From assembly GCF_000172995.2 (NCBI RefSeq), contig NC_014729.1, positions 540,001-572,000 on the forward strand: DNA of 32,000 nt. The letters run 5' to 3'. A program made the position numbers and the translations under genes. Below, piece by piece: positions 31,972-32,000 of this stretch. The notes below the pieces were generated by a model. It did not search any database. It was not told the DNA's origin and saw only the letters and a list, made by a program, of their open reading frames with translations. The stretch is from Halogeometricum borinquense DSM 11551. Lineage in GTDB: Archaea > Halobacteriota > Halobacteria > Halobacteriales > Haloferacaceae. Within the stretch, counting starts at the first letter, position 1. Every line of letters begins with the position of its first letter.

Positions 31972-32000
31972 TGGGGTTTGCACCGGCTATTCGGAGGTGA

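Noticed and set aside
1-32000. CRISPR arrays, IS elements/transposases, integrases, toxin-antitoxin or known defence-system genes
   Set aside because: I scanned the ORF translations and the intergenic DNA. I found no regularly spaced direct repeats, no DDE/tyrosine-recombinase-like proteins, and no nuclease/helicase/NTPase defence signatures. The only signs of genome plasticity are the truncated ABC gene and the AT-rich island.

Overview
This is a GC-rich, densely coding chromosomal segment that looks like a halophilic archaeon (class Halobacteria). The evidence is strongly acidic predicted proteins, a Tat/lipobox substrate-binding protein, an Htr-type transducer, a PGF-CTERM surface protein, and short AT-rich TATA islands directly in front of start codons (leaderless-type genes). 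The taxon call is an inference from sequence style. By memory, gene order resembles the Haloferax pus10-aceA-trmY-tgtA-arcS region.

I support about 36 protein genes, one tRNA-Pro(CGG), one truncated gene fragment, and several small repeats and hairpins. The content is mostly core:
- a partial pus10
- an isocitrate-lyase-family gene
- an ABC-2 exporter pair
- gamma-glutamyltransferase
- a five-gene Dpp/Opp peptide ABC operon
- trmY
- a Nudix hydrolase
- a CPBP protease
- an MCP/Htr transducer
- split archaeosine genes tgtA and arcS
- ogt

I see no CRISPR array, transposase, integrase or recognisable defence genes.

The best candidates for something undescribed are:
1. A SAMP/MoaD-like ubiquitin-fold gene just downstream of arcS. 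Its Gly-Gly is followed by three extra codons, and it overlaps a second small gene that also ends in Gly-Gly.
2. A surface protein with five tandem repeats and a PGF-CTERM anchor. Each repeat has conserved His/Met/Asp motifs, the linker has periodic methionines, and the gene sits behind an HTH plus membrane-protein pair inserted between tgtA and arcS.
3. A transducer whose 3-TM sensor module appears duplicated as a separate, tightly linked upstream mini-gene (stop codon 6 nt before the transducer ATG).
4. A basic, disordered coiled-coil mini-protein translationally coupled to the isocitrate lyase gene.
5. A 545-bp GC-normal non-coding gap where Haloferax would have aceB.

All functional calls come from motif recognition by eye. 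No searches were run.
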